This document shows positions 50,125-61,138 of a stretch of DNA of 64,000 nucleotides, in pieces; position 1 is the stretch's first letter, and each line of letters opens with the position of its first letter. Source of the stretch: a virus (Duplodnaviria; Caudoviricetes); IMG/VR virus record IMGVR_UViG_3300043010_000145; one strand, written 5' to 3'. The notes beneath the pieces were generated by a model. That model searched no databases. It was not told where the DNA came from and saw only the letters and a program-made list of their open reading frames with translations. The translations under genes were made by a program, and so were the position numbers.

Positions 50125-50350
50125 GATTATTTCGTTTCAACACCCTCAGTTTTCTATGTTGTATCTTCTTTATTTTACTATATCTTTTAAATTTTGCATT
50201 CCCTACTCGCCAGAACTCCTTTATTGATATCAGCCTAACAGTTTGCTCTTAGCTTCTTTTATCCTTTGCTACACTAACTATTTTTCCTCTCTTTTAACAT
50301 ACATTTAATATAAAAAGGTATAGCATTTGCTTATAATAGGAGGTAAAAAT

Positions 50351-50968
50351 ATGAGCAAGAGATACTATTTAGGTGTCTTGTCTGCGGGACTATTGGCAGT
50401 AAGTCTCGGCATAACAGGCAGCCTTGCTTTTAGAACTACGACCAATTCCAAAGAGAATGTATTTCTTATCGGAGATGATTTTGGCACGGGTGATACAAGC
50501 AAGATTACTCTTACTGAACCAAGCTGGAAAGACAGCTCGGCAAATGGTGTGATTGCCAGTCAGAGTATAAAAAAAGACCCAACTGTAACCAACAATTCAG
50601 ACATTCCAGTCTATGCCTTTCTTGTTGTGGAAGAGCCTTTAATTACTTTGAATTCACAATCAACAACTTTATTCAATTATACTTTAAATGACGGTTGGGT
50701 AAAACTATCCAGCTACCAAATTCCAGACATGAAGACAACGGTATATGCTTATGCCAAGGATTCAGCTATGACCGTTCTTGCACCAACGGAAAGTGCTACA
50801 CTCTTTAATAAGATTGTAGCAGCCAGTTCTTTTGGTACAGAAACACAAGTGGCTGGAACAGAGCAGACTTTCACCGTTCGAGCTTATGTCATTCAGTCGC
50901 AAGGATTGAAAAGCACCAATCCTTATGATGTATGGGATATTGTAGAAGAACAAGGAGAAACAGCATGA
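50351..50968 (+). CDS. SipW-dependent TasA/pilin-like subunit
   Basis: Signal ending GSLAF-RTTTNSKENVFLIG (SipW-cognate pattern), KKDPTVTN motif; AGGAGG RBS. Confidence 0.8.
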   Translation: MSKRYYLGVLSAGLLAVSLGITGSLAFRTTTNSKENVFLIGDDFGTGDTSKITLTEPSWKDSSANGVIASQSIKKDPTVTNNSDIPVYAFLVVEEPLITLNSQSTTLFNYTLNDGWVKLSSYQIPDMKTTVYAYAKDSAMTVLAPTESATLFNKIVAASSFGTETQVAGTEQTFTVRAYVIQSQGLKSTNPYDVWDIVEEQGETA

Positions 50969-53628
50969 CGTTGAGAAATTATTTACGAAAGGTTGCTGTT
51001 TCCGTTTCTGTTTTGCTTTCTTCTATTCTTTCTAGTTCTTATTCCGCACCTTTACTTGTTTATGCAAAGGATTCGACAGATATTTCTTTTACGGTAAATA
51101 CTTCTTTTACAGACAGTGAAGGAAATTCCACAGATACCTATACGGGCGGAAAAGTTTATGACCGCACAACTGTTGATGAAGTTGCTTCTGTCACCAACAC
51201 GGGTGCTTCTTGCTATCTGCGAGCAAAGATAAAAACGAACAACTGGGACGATTTTGTTGAAGTTTCCTTCGGTTCTGATTGGGTTGAGAAACCTGACGGG
51301 TATTATTACTACACAAATGTTGTTGCTTCAAAGGAAACTGTAACGATTTTCGATAGTATTACTTTTGCTGACGGTATCGTGAAAGAATCTGATAAGCGGT
51401 TGTCTAAATCAATCACCTTGGGTATTTCCGTAGATGCTGTTGCAGATGCTATTGCTCCCGATTTTAATTCGGATACACCATGGAATGCTTCTCCAAGTGA
51501 AATTGTAACAAAGGAAACGAATAGCTTCTCTACGGGTATTGATTCTAATTTATGGTATGCAGTTGCGGTTGTTCTTGCTTTATTTTCTTTGCTGCTTCTT
51601 GTGTATTTGAATAAGCAAACTATTCTTTCACATTTACAGAATAAAAGCATAATTTTTATTTTGATAGTTCTGCTCGTTTTAATTGGTTCTATTAGTTTAT
51701 TTACCAAAGGAACATATTCTTATATTTTATCTACGGATAAAGTGATTGAAAGAAAAATACAATTTGCTAAGGAATCGTATGCTGCTACTCTTGAACTAGG
51801 TACAAAGTTTAATGCACATATTCCTGATACTGCAACAGAAGTTATATTTACAGATGTAGCTGCTCCGAGTGGTGCTTCTTTAATAGATGTATCTGAGGCA
51901 CAAGATAATTCTATCGTAGCTTGGTTAGCTGACACAACATTTTATGTTTCTACACAAGATTCGGCGGGTAAGATATATGCAAATAAATCTTGCAAAGATA
52001 TGTTCTACAATAAAAAATCTATTGAAACAATACAGTTTTTGAATTTTGATACGAGCAATACAACTAGTATGTTTCAAATGTTCAAGTTTTGTACGAATTT
52101 AAAAAGCATAGATTTATCTTCTTTTGATACAAGAAATGTTACGTCAATGTATTATATGTTTCAAGGTTGTAATGCTTTGAGTAATTTAGATGTTAGTGCT
52201 TTTGATACATCAAAAGTTACAAATATGGCGGGAATGTTTTCATCTTGCAGCAACTTAGAGAGTATTGATTTGTCTAATTTTGATACATCAAAGGTTACAA
52301 CTATGCAGAGTATGTTTCAATATTGTAGTAATATGAAATCATTAGATTGTAGTATGTTTGACACGAGTTCCTTGGAAAGTATATATTATATGTTCTTTGG
52401 CTGCAGTAATCTGGTCTCTTTAAATTTAAATGGATTTAACACAGAAAAAGTGGATTCTTTTGATTCATTGTTTAGGAGTTGTAGCAGTTTAGAAAAGATA
52501 GATGTATCAAGTTTTGATACGAGTAATGCTACCGGATTTGGTTCTATGTTTAGGGAATGCACATCATTAGTTAATCTCAATCTAACAAATTTTGATACAA
52601 GCAAGGCTACGGATTGTTCCTATATGTTTAGTGGTTGTTCAGCTTTAACAGAACTTGATATAACGAATTTTGATGTGAGTAATGTTACGACCTTTGATTA
52701 TATGTTCAAATCTTGTGCAAAGCTATCTAGTTTAAATTTAGAGAACTTTTATACAAGTAAAGCTACTAGTATGACTGCTATGTTTATGAATTGTAGTTCC
52801 ATAAAAGAGTTAGATGTGGAAGCCTTAGACTTGTCTAATGTAACTAATACAGATTATATGTTCCAGAATATGTCAAGTTTAACTACATTATCAATTATTG
52901 ATAGCTATAAAAGTACAAAATCTGTAACCAGTTCAAGCTATATGTTTGACGGTTGTACTTCATTGGTTGGCGGTATAAAATACAATTCCTCGAAAATTGA
53001 TATTACTTACTATAAATCTAGCGGAGGATATCTAACAGTTGCACCTTATAGCTATGCTATTAAATCAGTTGATGTATTTAGGGAACAGCTGACAGACAGC
53101 ATTACGGGTATTGTCTTTACAACAGAGGGTGCTCCATTCTGGGCAATTTGCAGCGGTTTGTCCAGAGATGATTCCGTAATTTGTTGGACAAATCAAAATA
53201 TATTGTATGTTTCTGTAACTCTTGGCTATGATGATATTTATGGTGATGCAGAAGAACATTTCATACATGCACCAACGGATATGACGGGCATGTTTAAGGA
53301 TTTGCCGAATGTTACATCAATAGACTTTACTGGTTTGATTACTGATAACACTACAAATATGAAAGATTTATTTTCAGGCAGTACTGGTTTAACAGAATTA
53401 GACCTTAGTACATTTACATTTGATAAGGTAACGAATACAAGTCGTATGTTTAAAAACTGCTCCAATTTAACAACTATTTACACTTCTTCCAATCCAAACC
53501 TTTCAGCTGTAATCAACAGCACAGATATGTTCGCTGGTTGTACTTCATTAAAAGGTGCAAAAGCTTTTGATGTAGATAAGATTGATTTCAAATACTTTAA
53601 TTTATCCTATTATCTAACACAGAAATAA
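50965..53628 (+). CDS. Pilin-like domain + two TM + BspA-like (DUF285-type) surface repeat protein
   Basis: ATGA overlap; VTNTGASCYLRAK...DGYYYY domain; FSTG + TM; many FDTSxVTxMxxMFxxCxxLxxLDLS repeats. Confidence 0.85.
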   Translation: MTLRNYLRKVAVSVSVLLSSILSSSYSAPLLVYAKDSTDISFTVNTSFTDSEGNSTDTYTGGKVYDRTTVDEVASVTNTGASCYLRAKIKTNNWDDFVEVSFGSDWVEKPDGYYYYTNVVASKETVTIFDSITFADGIVKESDKRLSKSITLGISVDAVADAIAPDFNSDTPWNASPSEIVTKETNSFSTGIDSNLWYAVAVVLALFSLLLLVYLNKQTILSHLQNKSIIFILIVLLVLIGSISLFTKGTYSYILSTDKVIERKIQFAKESYAATLELGTKFNAHIPDTATEVIFTDVAAPSGASLIDVSEAQDNSIVAWLADTTFYVSTQDSAGKIYANKSCKDMFYNKKSIETIQFLNFDTSNTTSMFQMFKFCTNLKSIDLSSFDTRNVTSMYYMFQGCNALSNLDVSAFDTSKVTNMAGMFSSCSNLESIDLSNFDTSKVTTMQSMFQYCSNMKSLDCSMFDTSSLESIYYMFFGCSNLVSLNLNGFNTEKVDSFDSLFRSCSSLEKIDVSSFDTSNATGFGSMFRECTSLVNLNLTNFDTSKATDCSYMFSGCSALTELDITNFDVSNVTTFDYMFKSCAKLSSLNLENFYTSKATSMTAMFMNCSSIKELDVEALDLSNVTNTDYMFQNMSSLTTLSIIDSYKSTKSVTSSSYMFDGCTSLVGGIKYNSSKIDITYYKSSGGYLTVAPYSYAIKSVDVFREQLTDSITGIVFTTEGAPFWAICSGLSRDDSVICWTNQNILYVSVTLGYDDIYGDAEEHFIHAPTDMTGMFKDLPNVTSIDFTGLITDNTTNMKDLFSGSTGLTELDLSTFTFDKVTNTSRMFKNCSNLTTIYTSSNPNLSAVINSTDMFAGCTSLKGAKAFDVDKIDFKYFNLSYYLTQK

Positions 53629-53773
53629 TATAATTAAGCAAATATAAAGCACATTCGGAGAATGTGCTTTCTTTTTATATTTCTTATACTTTTCAAACCC
53701 ACTTTTTCCTCCTACATTCTCTTACATTTTTACAAAAATGTTATACTTTTTGCTTATGCTAGGAGGTAGATAC

Positions 53774-54388
53774 ATGAGCAAAAGACAACATTTAGGCATT
53801 TTGTCTGCGGGGTTACTGGCAGTAAGCCTCGGAATAACAGGCAGCCTAGCTTTTATGACCACTACCCAAGCGAAAGAGAATGTATTTCTCATAGGGGATG
53901 ACTTTGGTACTGGTGATACAAGCAAGATAACTCTCACAGAGCCAAACTGGAAAGAAAGTTTGGCACAAGATGTTGTTGCAAATCAAACACTAAAAAAAGA
54001 CCCGACTGTAACCAACAATTCGGACATACCAGTGTATGCTTTTATTGTTGTAGATGAGCCTTTGATTACAGTTGATTCAAAGACAACACCTTTATTTTCT
54101 TATTCTTTAAATTCAGGCTGGATTGCATTAGCAACAAGTGAAACTACTGACACCAAGACAACAGTATATGCTTATGCAACAAATCTAGCCATGACAACAC
54201 TCTCGCCAACTTCTAGCACAACTTTATTCGATTCCGTTACCACTGCTTCATTCCCTAGTGGTAATGCTGTGCAAGGAACAGACCAGACGATTACAGTAAA
54301 ATCTTATGTTATCCAAACACAAGGCTTGAAGAGTAATTATCCACAAGATGTTTGGCAAGTTGTTCTCGGACAAGGAGTGAATGCATGA
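53774..54388 (+). CDS. SipW-dependent TasA/pilin-like subunit, paralog 2
   Basis: N-terminus nearly identical to that of 50351. Confidence 0.8.
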   Translation: MSKRQHLGILSAGLLAVSLGITGSLAFMTTTQAKENVFLIGDDFGTGDTSKITLTEPNWKESLAQDVVANQTLKKDPTVTNNSDIPVYAFIVVDEPLITVDSKTTPLFSYSLNSGWIALATSETTDTKTTVYAYATNLAMTTLSPTSSTTLFDSVTTASFPSGNAVQGTDQTITVKSYVIQTQGLKSNYPQDVWQVVLGQGVNA

Positions 54389-57300
54389 CTTTAAAGAACC
54401 ATTTACAAGTTTTATTTCTAACCTTATTCACTCTTCTTTCTTCTTTGCTGACACAGCCTACACAGATTTTTGTAGCTGCTGTCGAAGATTCAGACGATAC
54501 AGTTCTGTCATTTACGGTAGACACTTTCTTTACCGATTCCACGGGCAACCAGTCGGAAAGCTACACGGGCGGGAAAGTGTACGATTTATCTACGGTTAGC
54601 GAAGTTGCTTCTGTTACCAATACGGGAAGTTCTTGCTATATACGAGCCAAGGTAACGACAAATGATTGGGACGATTATGTAACATGTTATTTTCTTTCTG
54701 ATTGGATAATGAAACCTGACGGGTATTATTACTACATGAAAGCAGTTCAGCCAAATGAAACTGTAACTATTTTCGAGGGTATTGAATTTGCAGATGGTTT
54801 AGTAAAAGAATCCAATAAAAGATTGTCTAAATCTGTTACGGTTGGCATTTCCGTTGATGCAATCACAGACGAGTTAGAAGCAGATTTCACTTCTGACACA
54901 CCTTGGGCTGCTCTGCTTGCTTATACACCAGAATTACCAGAGGAAGATGCTGATGTTGATACGGATACAGATTCTAACTCGAACTCTAATTCCAATTCTA
55001 ATTCCAACAGCAATACAGCAAATTCTAATAATGCAACTAACAGCAACACTTCCACAAACGGAGCAAATGAAATTGTTCTGCCTGATGATAAGATTGTAAC
55101 CGTTGAAAAGAATGTAGTTTCTACGGGTATCAATACAAATTTAGGTTATCTTGTAGCTTTATTGTTTGCAGCAGCTGCCTTACTTATTCTGATTTATCTG
55201 CACAAAGATTCCTTTACACCGACAATGCAGAATAAGACATTATCTTTATTTGCCTTATTTGCTCTTTTCGGTTCTGCAAGCATTTGTACTGCGGGAACAT
55301 ATTCCTACATTACTTCTACTGACCAAGGGATTGATAATAAAGTTTCTTTTGCCGCTTATGAGCCAAAAGCATTTCTTGAAACTGGGGGTAATTTCAATAG
55401 TCATATTCCGTATGGTACAACGGCTATTGTTTTTACAGATGAATCCGCACCAGCTTCTGCAAGTTTGATAGATGTTTCCGAAGATAAAGATAATTCTGTT
55501 GTTGGCTGGTCTGATAATGATACTTTCTATGTTTCCTCTCAACAAGACGGTGTGATAATTTATGCGAATGAATTATCCGATAATATGTTCTCTTATCAGT
55601 CTGATTTGGAAAGTATTGATTTTACAAATTTAAACACAAAAGATGTTACAACAATGGCGAGTATGTTCGAGGGCTGCAGTAGTCTGCAAAGTCTAGACCT
55701 TTCTAGTTTCGATACTTCCAATGTTACAAATATGTATTATATGTTTGGCGATTGCACGGAGTTGGAAACCTTAGATATTTCTAATTTTGACACTTCCAAG
55801 GTTGAGAATATGTCATATATGTTTTTCAGTTGCGAGGACTTAGGAACACTTGACCTGACACATTTTGATACATCAAATGTAACAACAATGGAACGAATGT
55901 TTCACGATTGTATGAATTTAACATCTTTAAATGTGAAAGGTTGGAATACTTCAAATGTAACTAACATGTCAAATATGTTTGCTTATTGTGAATTGTTGAC
56001 TTCATTGAATGTTTCTAGTTTCGATACAAGCAATGTTACAGATATGAGTTGCATGTTCTATTATGACCGTGGCTTAGAAAAGCTAAATATTACGAATTTT
56101 GATACTTCCAAGGTAACAACAATGCAAGGAATGTTCTATTCTTGTTCAAGTATTAAGACATTAGATGTTTCCAAACTCGAAACAAAGAATGTAACAAGCA
56201 CTAATGCAATGTTCGGGTATATGACTAGCCTGACAACTCTTTATGCAGAGAAAGACCCAACAGTAAGCAATGTAACAAATTCAAAGAATATGTTCTATGG
56301 CGATACTGTTCTGAAAGGAACGATTAAATACAATAGCAGCTATGTTACAGTTTCTTACTATAATTTCAAAGGGTATTTAACGAAGAAAGTATCCACTTAT
56401 GCTTTACTTTCAGGCACAGATTTCGCTGATGCCATTCCATCTTCTGCTACAAAGATTGTATTCACAGACAGTACTGCACCAGCTAGTGCCGAGTTAATTG
56501 ATATGACAGATGGCCAAGACGGTTCTGTTGTAGCTTGGCTTGACGGTACAATATTGTATATTTCCAGTCAAAAGAGCGGGCAAGTCATTTATGCACCAAC
56601 AAATGCGAGTGGAATGTTTGAGAATTTGACAAATATTGTTTCTATTGATTTGAGTAATTTAGATACAACTAAGACAACAAATATGAAAGGAATGTTCTAT
56701 AACTGTTCTTCCTTAACTGATGTGAACACCGATAAATTAGACACAACGAGTGTTACAGATATGTCATTTATGTTCGGTAAATGCTCTGCTTTAACAGATG
56801 TTGATACAAGCAATTTTACAACTTCAAAGGTAACAACTTTCGAGGGTATGTTCAACGGATGTACTTCGCTTACAGATTTAGATTTATCTAACTTTACAAC
56901 GAGTGCTGCTACAAATACTTCATTTATGTTTGCAGCTTGCTCTAACCTTAAAACCGTAGATATTTGTCATTGGAGTTTTGCCAATGTTACAGATTTAAAT
57001 AGTATGTTCCAAGGTGATTCAGCCTTAACTACAATCTATGCAAGCAGAACACCAGATTTGCAGAAAGTTACCGCACACAGCAATATGTTTGTAGGAGATA
57101 CAAATCTTGTTGGCGAAACTTCTTTCGATTCTGCCAACGTTGATGCAAATTATTTTAATTTAAACTCTTATTTGACGAAGCATGATGACGATAGCCTGAC
57201 TTATATTATGAATACTGGTTTATTTGTAAGAGATAATATATCCTCTGATATGACAGAAGTTATCTTTACGGGTATAACGGCACCAGTAGGTGTAGCTTTA

Positions 57301-59820
57301 ACAGATTTTTCTAATGCAAAGGACGGTTCTGTTGTCGGCTGGGTAGTTGATACAAAATTGTATATATCTTCACAGTATAACAAACAAGTTGTATATGCTT
57401 ATTCTGATTCAACTTATATGTTCCAAGATAAGTCTAATTTAACGAATATTGACTTTTCAAATTTAGACACTTCTAAGATTACGAATTTTGTCTATTTCTT
57501 CTTTAATTGTTCTGGTTTGAAAACATTAGATGTTAGCAATTTTAATACAGAAAGTGCCTACAATATGCAATATATGTTCTACGGTTGCAGTGGCTTGACG
57601 GAGTTGGATTTAACTTCTTTCAACACAGAAAATGTTACAGTTGCACAGAGAATGTTTATGAACTGCACAAATCTGGAATCATTAGATATTAGTAGTTTTC
57701 GCACACCTAAATGGGAGCAGTTCTACGGTATGTTTACAAATTGTGAGAGTTTGGAACAGATAGACCTAAGTAATTTTGATACTTCCGTAGCTACAACTAT
57801 GAGTTATATGTTCTCTGGTTGTGAGAGTCTAACATCATTAGATGTTAGTAACTTTAAGACTAGTAAAGTAAAAGATATGGATAGTATGTTTGCTTACTGT
57901 TCTAGTTTAACATCATTAGATGTTAGTAGTTTTGATACTTCAAATGTTACAAGTATGTCATATATGTTTTATAGTATGACTAATATTAAGACATTGGATT
58001 TATCTAACTTTAATACTGCAAAAGTTACAACAATGGAGTATATGTTCTGTTATGATAGCTCTCTTATAACAGCAGATGTTTCTAATTTTAACACAAAAAA
58101 TGTTACAAAAATGCAGTGGATGTTTAATCAATGTAAATCATTAGAATATTTTGATATAAGTGCTTGGGATATGTCCTCCGTTCAATATATAGGGTATTTC
58201 TGCTACGGTGATTCTAAACTTAAAACTATTTATTCCTTAACAGATAAAACTTACCCTAAGCTAAGAGATGGAATGTATGCTTTTGTGGATTGTACAAGCC
58301 TTTCTGGCTCGCAGAAATTTTATCAGTATTATACTTCTATTGCTTACATGACATTTGATTATTATTTAACATATAGAGATAAAACAGATGCTTCTTATAC
58401 TCTCAAAAATGGTTATGATTTAAATGAATTGATACCTGATAATACAACACAAGTTATTTTTACAGATGCTACTGCACCAACTTCTGTTTCTGTTACAGAT
58501 GTGAGCGATACAGAAGATTCTTCCGTTGTGGCTTGGTCAGTAGGTACGAAGTTCTATATTTCTACTCAGACGGAAAATCAGAAAGTATTAGCCAACAGTA
58601 ATACGAATCAGATGTTTAAGGATAAAACATCTTTGACAAGTATTGACTTTACAAATTTTGATACAAGCACGGCTAAATCTTTCTATGGTCTGTTCCGAGG
58701 TTGTACTGCTCTGAAAACCTTAGATTTAAGTAATTTTGATACAAGTCAGGTTACCAATATGTCCCTTATGTTCTATCAGTGCCGTGCTTTAACGAGTTTG
58801 AATGTTTCCATGTTCAACACAAGCAATGCAGTATTGATGGATTCTATGTTTGCATATTGCTCTGGATTAACAGCATTAAATGTGTCTAATTTTAATACAA
58901 GCAAAGCCACCACTATTGCAGGTATGTTTGCTGGGTGTAGTTCAATTACTTCCTTAGATATTTCCAATTTTGATACAAGCAAAGTAACATCTATAAGTTC
59001 TTTATTCTATAATTGTAGAAATCTTACGAATTTAAATATTACAGGATTAACAACAAGTAAAGCTAAGAGCTTGCAAAGTATGTTTAGTGATTGTATTAGT
59101 TTAACAGAGTTAACTCTTGACTTTGATTTAAGTTCTTGTACAACTTTAAATAGTATGTTTTCAAATTGTTACAGTTTAACAAATTTAACATTAAACTTTA
59201 AAAATACAACAGGTATTACGGATATGGATAATTTTGTATCCTCTTGTACGAGTCTGACAAGTATAGACTTAACTTGTCTTGCTAATTCAAGTTTAACGAC
59301 AATGGCAAGTTGGTTTAAGGGTTGTACCAACTTAGTTAGTATAGATTTAAGTATGTTAAATACAAGCAAAGTTACATACTTTACTAGCTTATTTGCTAAT
59401 TGTACATCTCTTGAAGAAGTGAATATGAGTTCATTTGATACGAGTAAGGTAATAAGTATGGCTTATATGTTCCAAAATTGCACTAGCCTTGAATCCATTG
59501 ATTTATCTAATTTTAATACTGCTTCCGTAACATCGAACTATGATATGTTCGCTGGCTGTACTTCTTTAACAGTATTAGATTTATCTTCTTTTACCTTTAC
59601 GAAGGTTTCCAATATGGCAGAGTTTGTTAAAGGTTGTACAAACCTTACAACAATCTATGTGTCCGAGAACCCTACTTTATCCGCCTTAAAACTTGGCGGC
59701 GGAAATGACCGTGAAATGTTCTCCGGCTGTACATCTCTGCAAGGAGCGATTGCTTACTCCGAAGATTGCATCGGCGGTGCATATTTCAACACAGAAACTG
59801 GGTATTTAACAATTAAATAG
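54385..59820 (+). CDS. Pilin-like domain + two TM + four BspA-like repeat modules (about 1810 aa)
   Basis: Paralog of 50965; VSTG + TM; repeated cap (IVFTD..AP...SVVAW) plus LRR-like blocks; terminator at 59838-59870. Confidence 0.85.
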   Translation: MTLKNHLQVLFLTLFTLLSSLLTQPTQIFVAAVEDSDDTVLSFTVDTFFTDSTGNQSESYTGGKVYDLSTVSEVASVTNTGSSCYIRAKVTTNDWDDYVTCYFLSDWIMKPDGYYYYMKAVQPNETVTIFEGIEFADGLVKESNKRLSKSVTVGISVDAITDELEADFTSDTPWAALLAYTPELPEEDADVDTDTDSNSNSNSNSNSNSNTANSNNATNSNTSTNGANEIVLPDDKIVTVEKNVVSTGINTNLGYLVALLFAAAALLILIYLHKDSFTPTMQNKTLSLFALFALFGSASICTAGTYSYITSTDQGIDNKVSFAAYEPKAFLETGGNFNSHIPYGTTAIVFTDESAPASASLIDVSEDKDNSVVGWSDNDTFYVSSQQDGVIIYANELSDNMFSYQSDLESIDFTNLNTKDVTTMASMFEGCSSLQSLDLSSFDTSNVTNMYYMFGDCTELETLDISNFDTSKVENMSYMFFSCEDLGTLDLTHFDTSNVTTMERMFHDCMNLTSLNVKGWNTSNVTNMSNMFAYCELLTSLNVSSFDTSNVTDMSCMFYYDRGLEKLNITNFDTSKVTTMQGMFYSCSSIKTLDVSKLETKNVTSTNAMFGYMTSLTTLYAEKDPTVSNVTNSKNMFYGDTVLKGTIKYNSSYVTVSYYNFKGYLTKKVSTYALLSGTDFADAIPSSATKIVFTDSTAPASAELIDMTDGQDGSVVAWLDGTILYISSQKSGQVIYAPTNASGMFENLTNIVSIDLSNLDTTKTTNMKGMFYNCSSLTDVNTDKLDTTSVTDMSFMFGKCSALTDVDTSNFTTSKVTTFEGMFNGCTSLTDLDLSNFTTSAATNTSFMFAACSNLKTVDICHWSFANVTDLNSMFQGDSALTTIYASRTPDLQKVTAHSNMFVGDTNLVGETSFDSANVDANYFNLNSYLTKHDDDSLTYIMNTGLFVRDNISSDMTEVIFTGITAPVGVALTDFSNAKDGSVVGWVVDTKLYISSQYNKQVVYAYSDSTYMFQDKSNLTNIDFSNLDTSKITNFVYFFFNCSGLKTLDVSNFNTESAYNMQYMFYGCSGLTELDLTSFNTENVTVAQRMFMNCTNLESLDISSFRTPKWEQFYGMFTNCESLEQIDLSNFDTSVATTMSYMFSGCESLTSLDVSNFKTSKVKDMDSMFAYCSSLTSLDVSSFDTSNVTSMSYMFYSMTNIKTLDLSNFNTAKVTTMEYMFCYDSSLITADVSNFNTKNVTKMQWMFNQCKSLEYFDISAWDMSSVQYIGYFCYGDSKLKTIYSLTDKTYPKLRDGMYAFVDCTSLSGSQKFYQYYTSIAYMTFDYYLTYRDKTDASYTLKNGYDLNELIPDNTTQVIFTDATAPTSVSVTDVSDTEDSSVVAWSVGTKFYISTQTENQKVLANSNTNQMFKDKTSLTSIDFTNFDTSTAKSFYGLFRGCTALKTLDLSNFDTSQVTNMSLMFYQCRALTSLNVSMFNTSNAVLMDSMFAYCSGLTALNVSNFNTSKATTIAGMFAGCSSITSLDISNFDTSKVTSISSLFYNCRNLTNLNITGLTTSKAKSLQSMFSDCISLTELTLDFDLSSCTTLNSMFSNCYSLTNLTLNFKNTTGITDMDNFVSSCTSLTSIDLTCLANSSLTTMASWFKGCTNLVSIDLSMLNTSKVTYFTSLFANCTSLEEVNMSSFDTSKVISMAYMFQNCTSLESIDLSNFNTASVTSNYDMFAGCTSLTVLDLSSFTFTKVSNMAEFVKGCTNLTTIYVSENPTLSALKLGGGNDREMFSGCTSLQGAIAYSEDCIGGAYFNTETGYLTIK

Positions 59821-59955
59821 TTTGCTTAATCTATTACAAAAAGCACATTCTAACCGAATGTGCTTTTCTTTTACACAAAACCTTGACAATTTTGCCACAT
59901 TTTGCTATACTATTATATGTAATCAAATAGATTTAAGTTTTAGAGGGTTTTTATT

Positions 59956-60102
59956 ATGTTAGTTTTAAGTATTATATACACGGTATTCTTCGCCTTTCTC
60001 GAATCTACAACAAGAAAGCTCGAACGAAAAGATTTCTTTATCTATGCAACATTCTGCCTAATAGCAGCTAGTACATTATCCTATATTTTCAGCCTTGCTT
60101 AA
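59956..60102 (+). CDS. 48-aa two-TM peptide (not in the ORF track)
   Basis: Promoter TTGACA-17-TATACT at 59883-59911, GAGGG RBS, MLVLSIIYTVFFAFLE...FIYATFCLIAASTLSYIFSLA. Confidence 0.55.
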   Translation: MLVLSIIYTVFFAFLESTTRKLERKDFFIYATFCLIAASTLSYIFSLA

Positions 60103-60250
60103 AAGCAAGGCTTTAATTATTTAGCACCAAATTTTCTAGGATAATATTGTATTATTGAACCTTATACAGTATACTGTGTGTAATTACTACTGCCTTTTTG
60201 CAAGTATTATCATCTTTACTTAATCTATTGTTTTTTAGAAAGGACTTCCC

Positions 60251-60640
60251 ATGTTTCAAAAATACCGCAACTTATTCACACTCAACACCGATTCCCGCTA
60301 TCCCTTGCTTCTTATTCTTGCTTATACTTGCCTGAATATTTGCTTTTTATCTTGTGCAATCTATCTTCGCCACTTAGTCTTAACCAACACAATAGACTTA
60401 CCAACAACTTCCCCGCTGCCATTAGCAATTTTTAGTGCTTGTGTAGTATTTGCCCTAGTGATTTTTGCAACCAGCTTAATTTTAATCCTCAGTCGAGCCA
60501 CTCGCCTATTCTGTGTGGATACTTCTAAGCTCACCTATTCACTTGTTTACATTCTAGGTGGTTCTATTGCTTTTCTTTGCTTGTACTATATTGTGCTTTA
60601 CTGTTTGTACTTATATTACAATCTGGCTACCTTCGGATAA
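60251..60640 (+). CDS. Three-TM membrane protein
   Basis: AGAAAGGA RBS, hydrophobic segments, terminator follows. Confidence 0.7.
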   Translation: MFQKYRNLFTLNTDSRYPLLLILAYTCLNICFLSCAIYLRHLVLTNTIDLPTTSPLPLAIFSACVVFALVIFATSLILILSRATRLFCVDTSKLTYSLVYILGGSIAFLCLYYIVLYCLYLYYNLATFG

Positions 60641-60778
60641 AAAGCCTTGCCTAACGGCAAGGCTTTTCTTTTTACTCTCATTTTTATACAAAACTATTTT
60701 TCAAAAAAATATGAATAAAGTGTTGCAATATTGCCAAATAGGAGTATACTGTAAGTATAAATAAAGGAGGAACTTAAT

Positions 60779-61045
60779 ATGTTCGAAAATACTGTCATCA
60801 CAATCTTTGCAATCGCAACTCTTTCCATTCTTGCTGTTACTATTCTTAAAAAAGTGATTTCTCACACACTTCGCACAATCATCCTTCGCACCGCACTCGC
60901 AACAATTCTTACTTGCTTTATTGCAGAAGGCTGGGCTCAAATTTACCACCCACAGATTTCAGCACTTGCAGATACAACAAATTATTGGCAGAATGTAGTA
61001 GATGCTTGGAACTCCTTCCCCGAAATCCCTGAATTCCCATTCTAA
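60779..61045 (+). CDS. Small membrane protein
   Basis: Own promoter TTGCAA...TATACT, AAGGAGG RBS, terminator. Confidence 0.75.
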   Translation: MFENTVITIFAIATLSILAVTILKKVISHTLRTIILRTALATILTCFIAEGWAQIYHPQISALADTTNYWQNVVDAWNSFPEIPEFPF

Positions 61046-61138
61046 TAGAATTATACAGAACAGGCTCTAAGCCTGTTCTTTTTGGTTTCTAGTTTATTTG
61101 TGGTAAAATAATATTCATATAAGAAAGGCGGTATTTTC

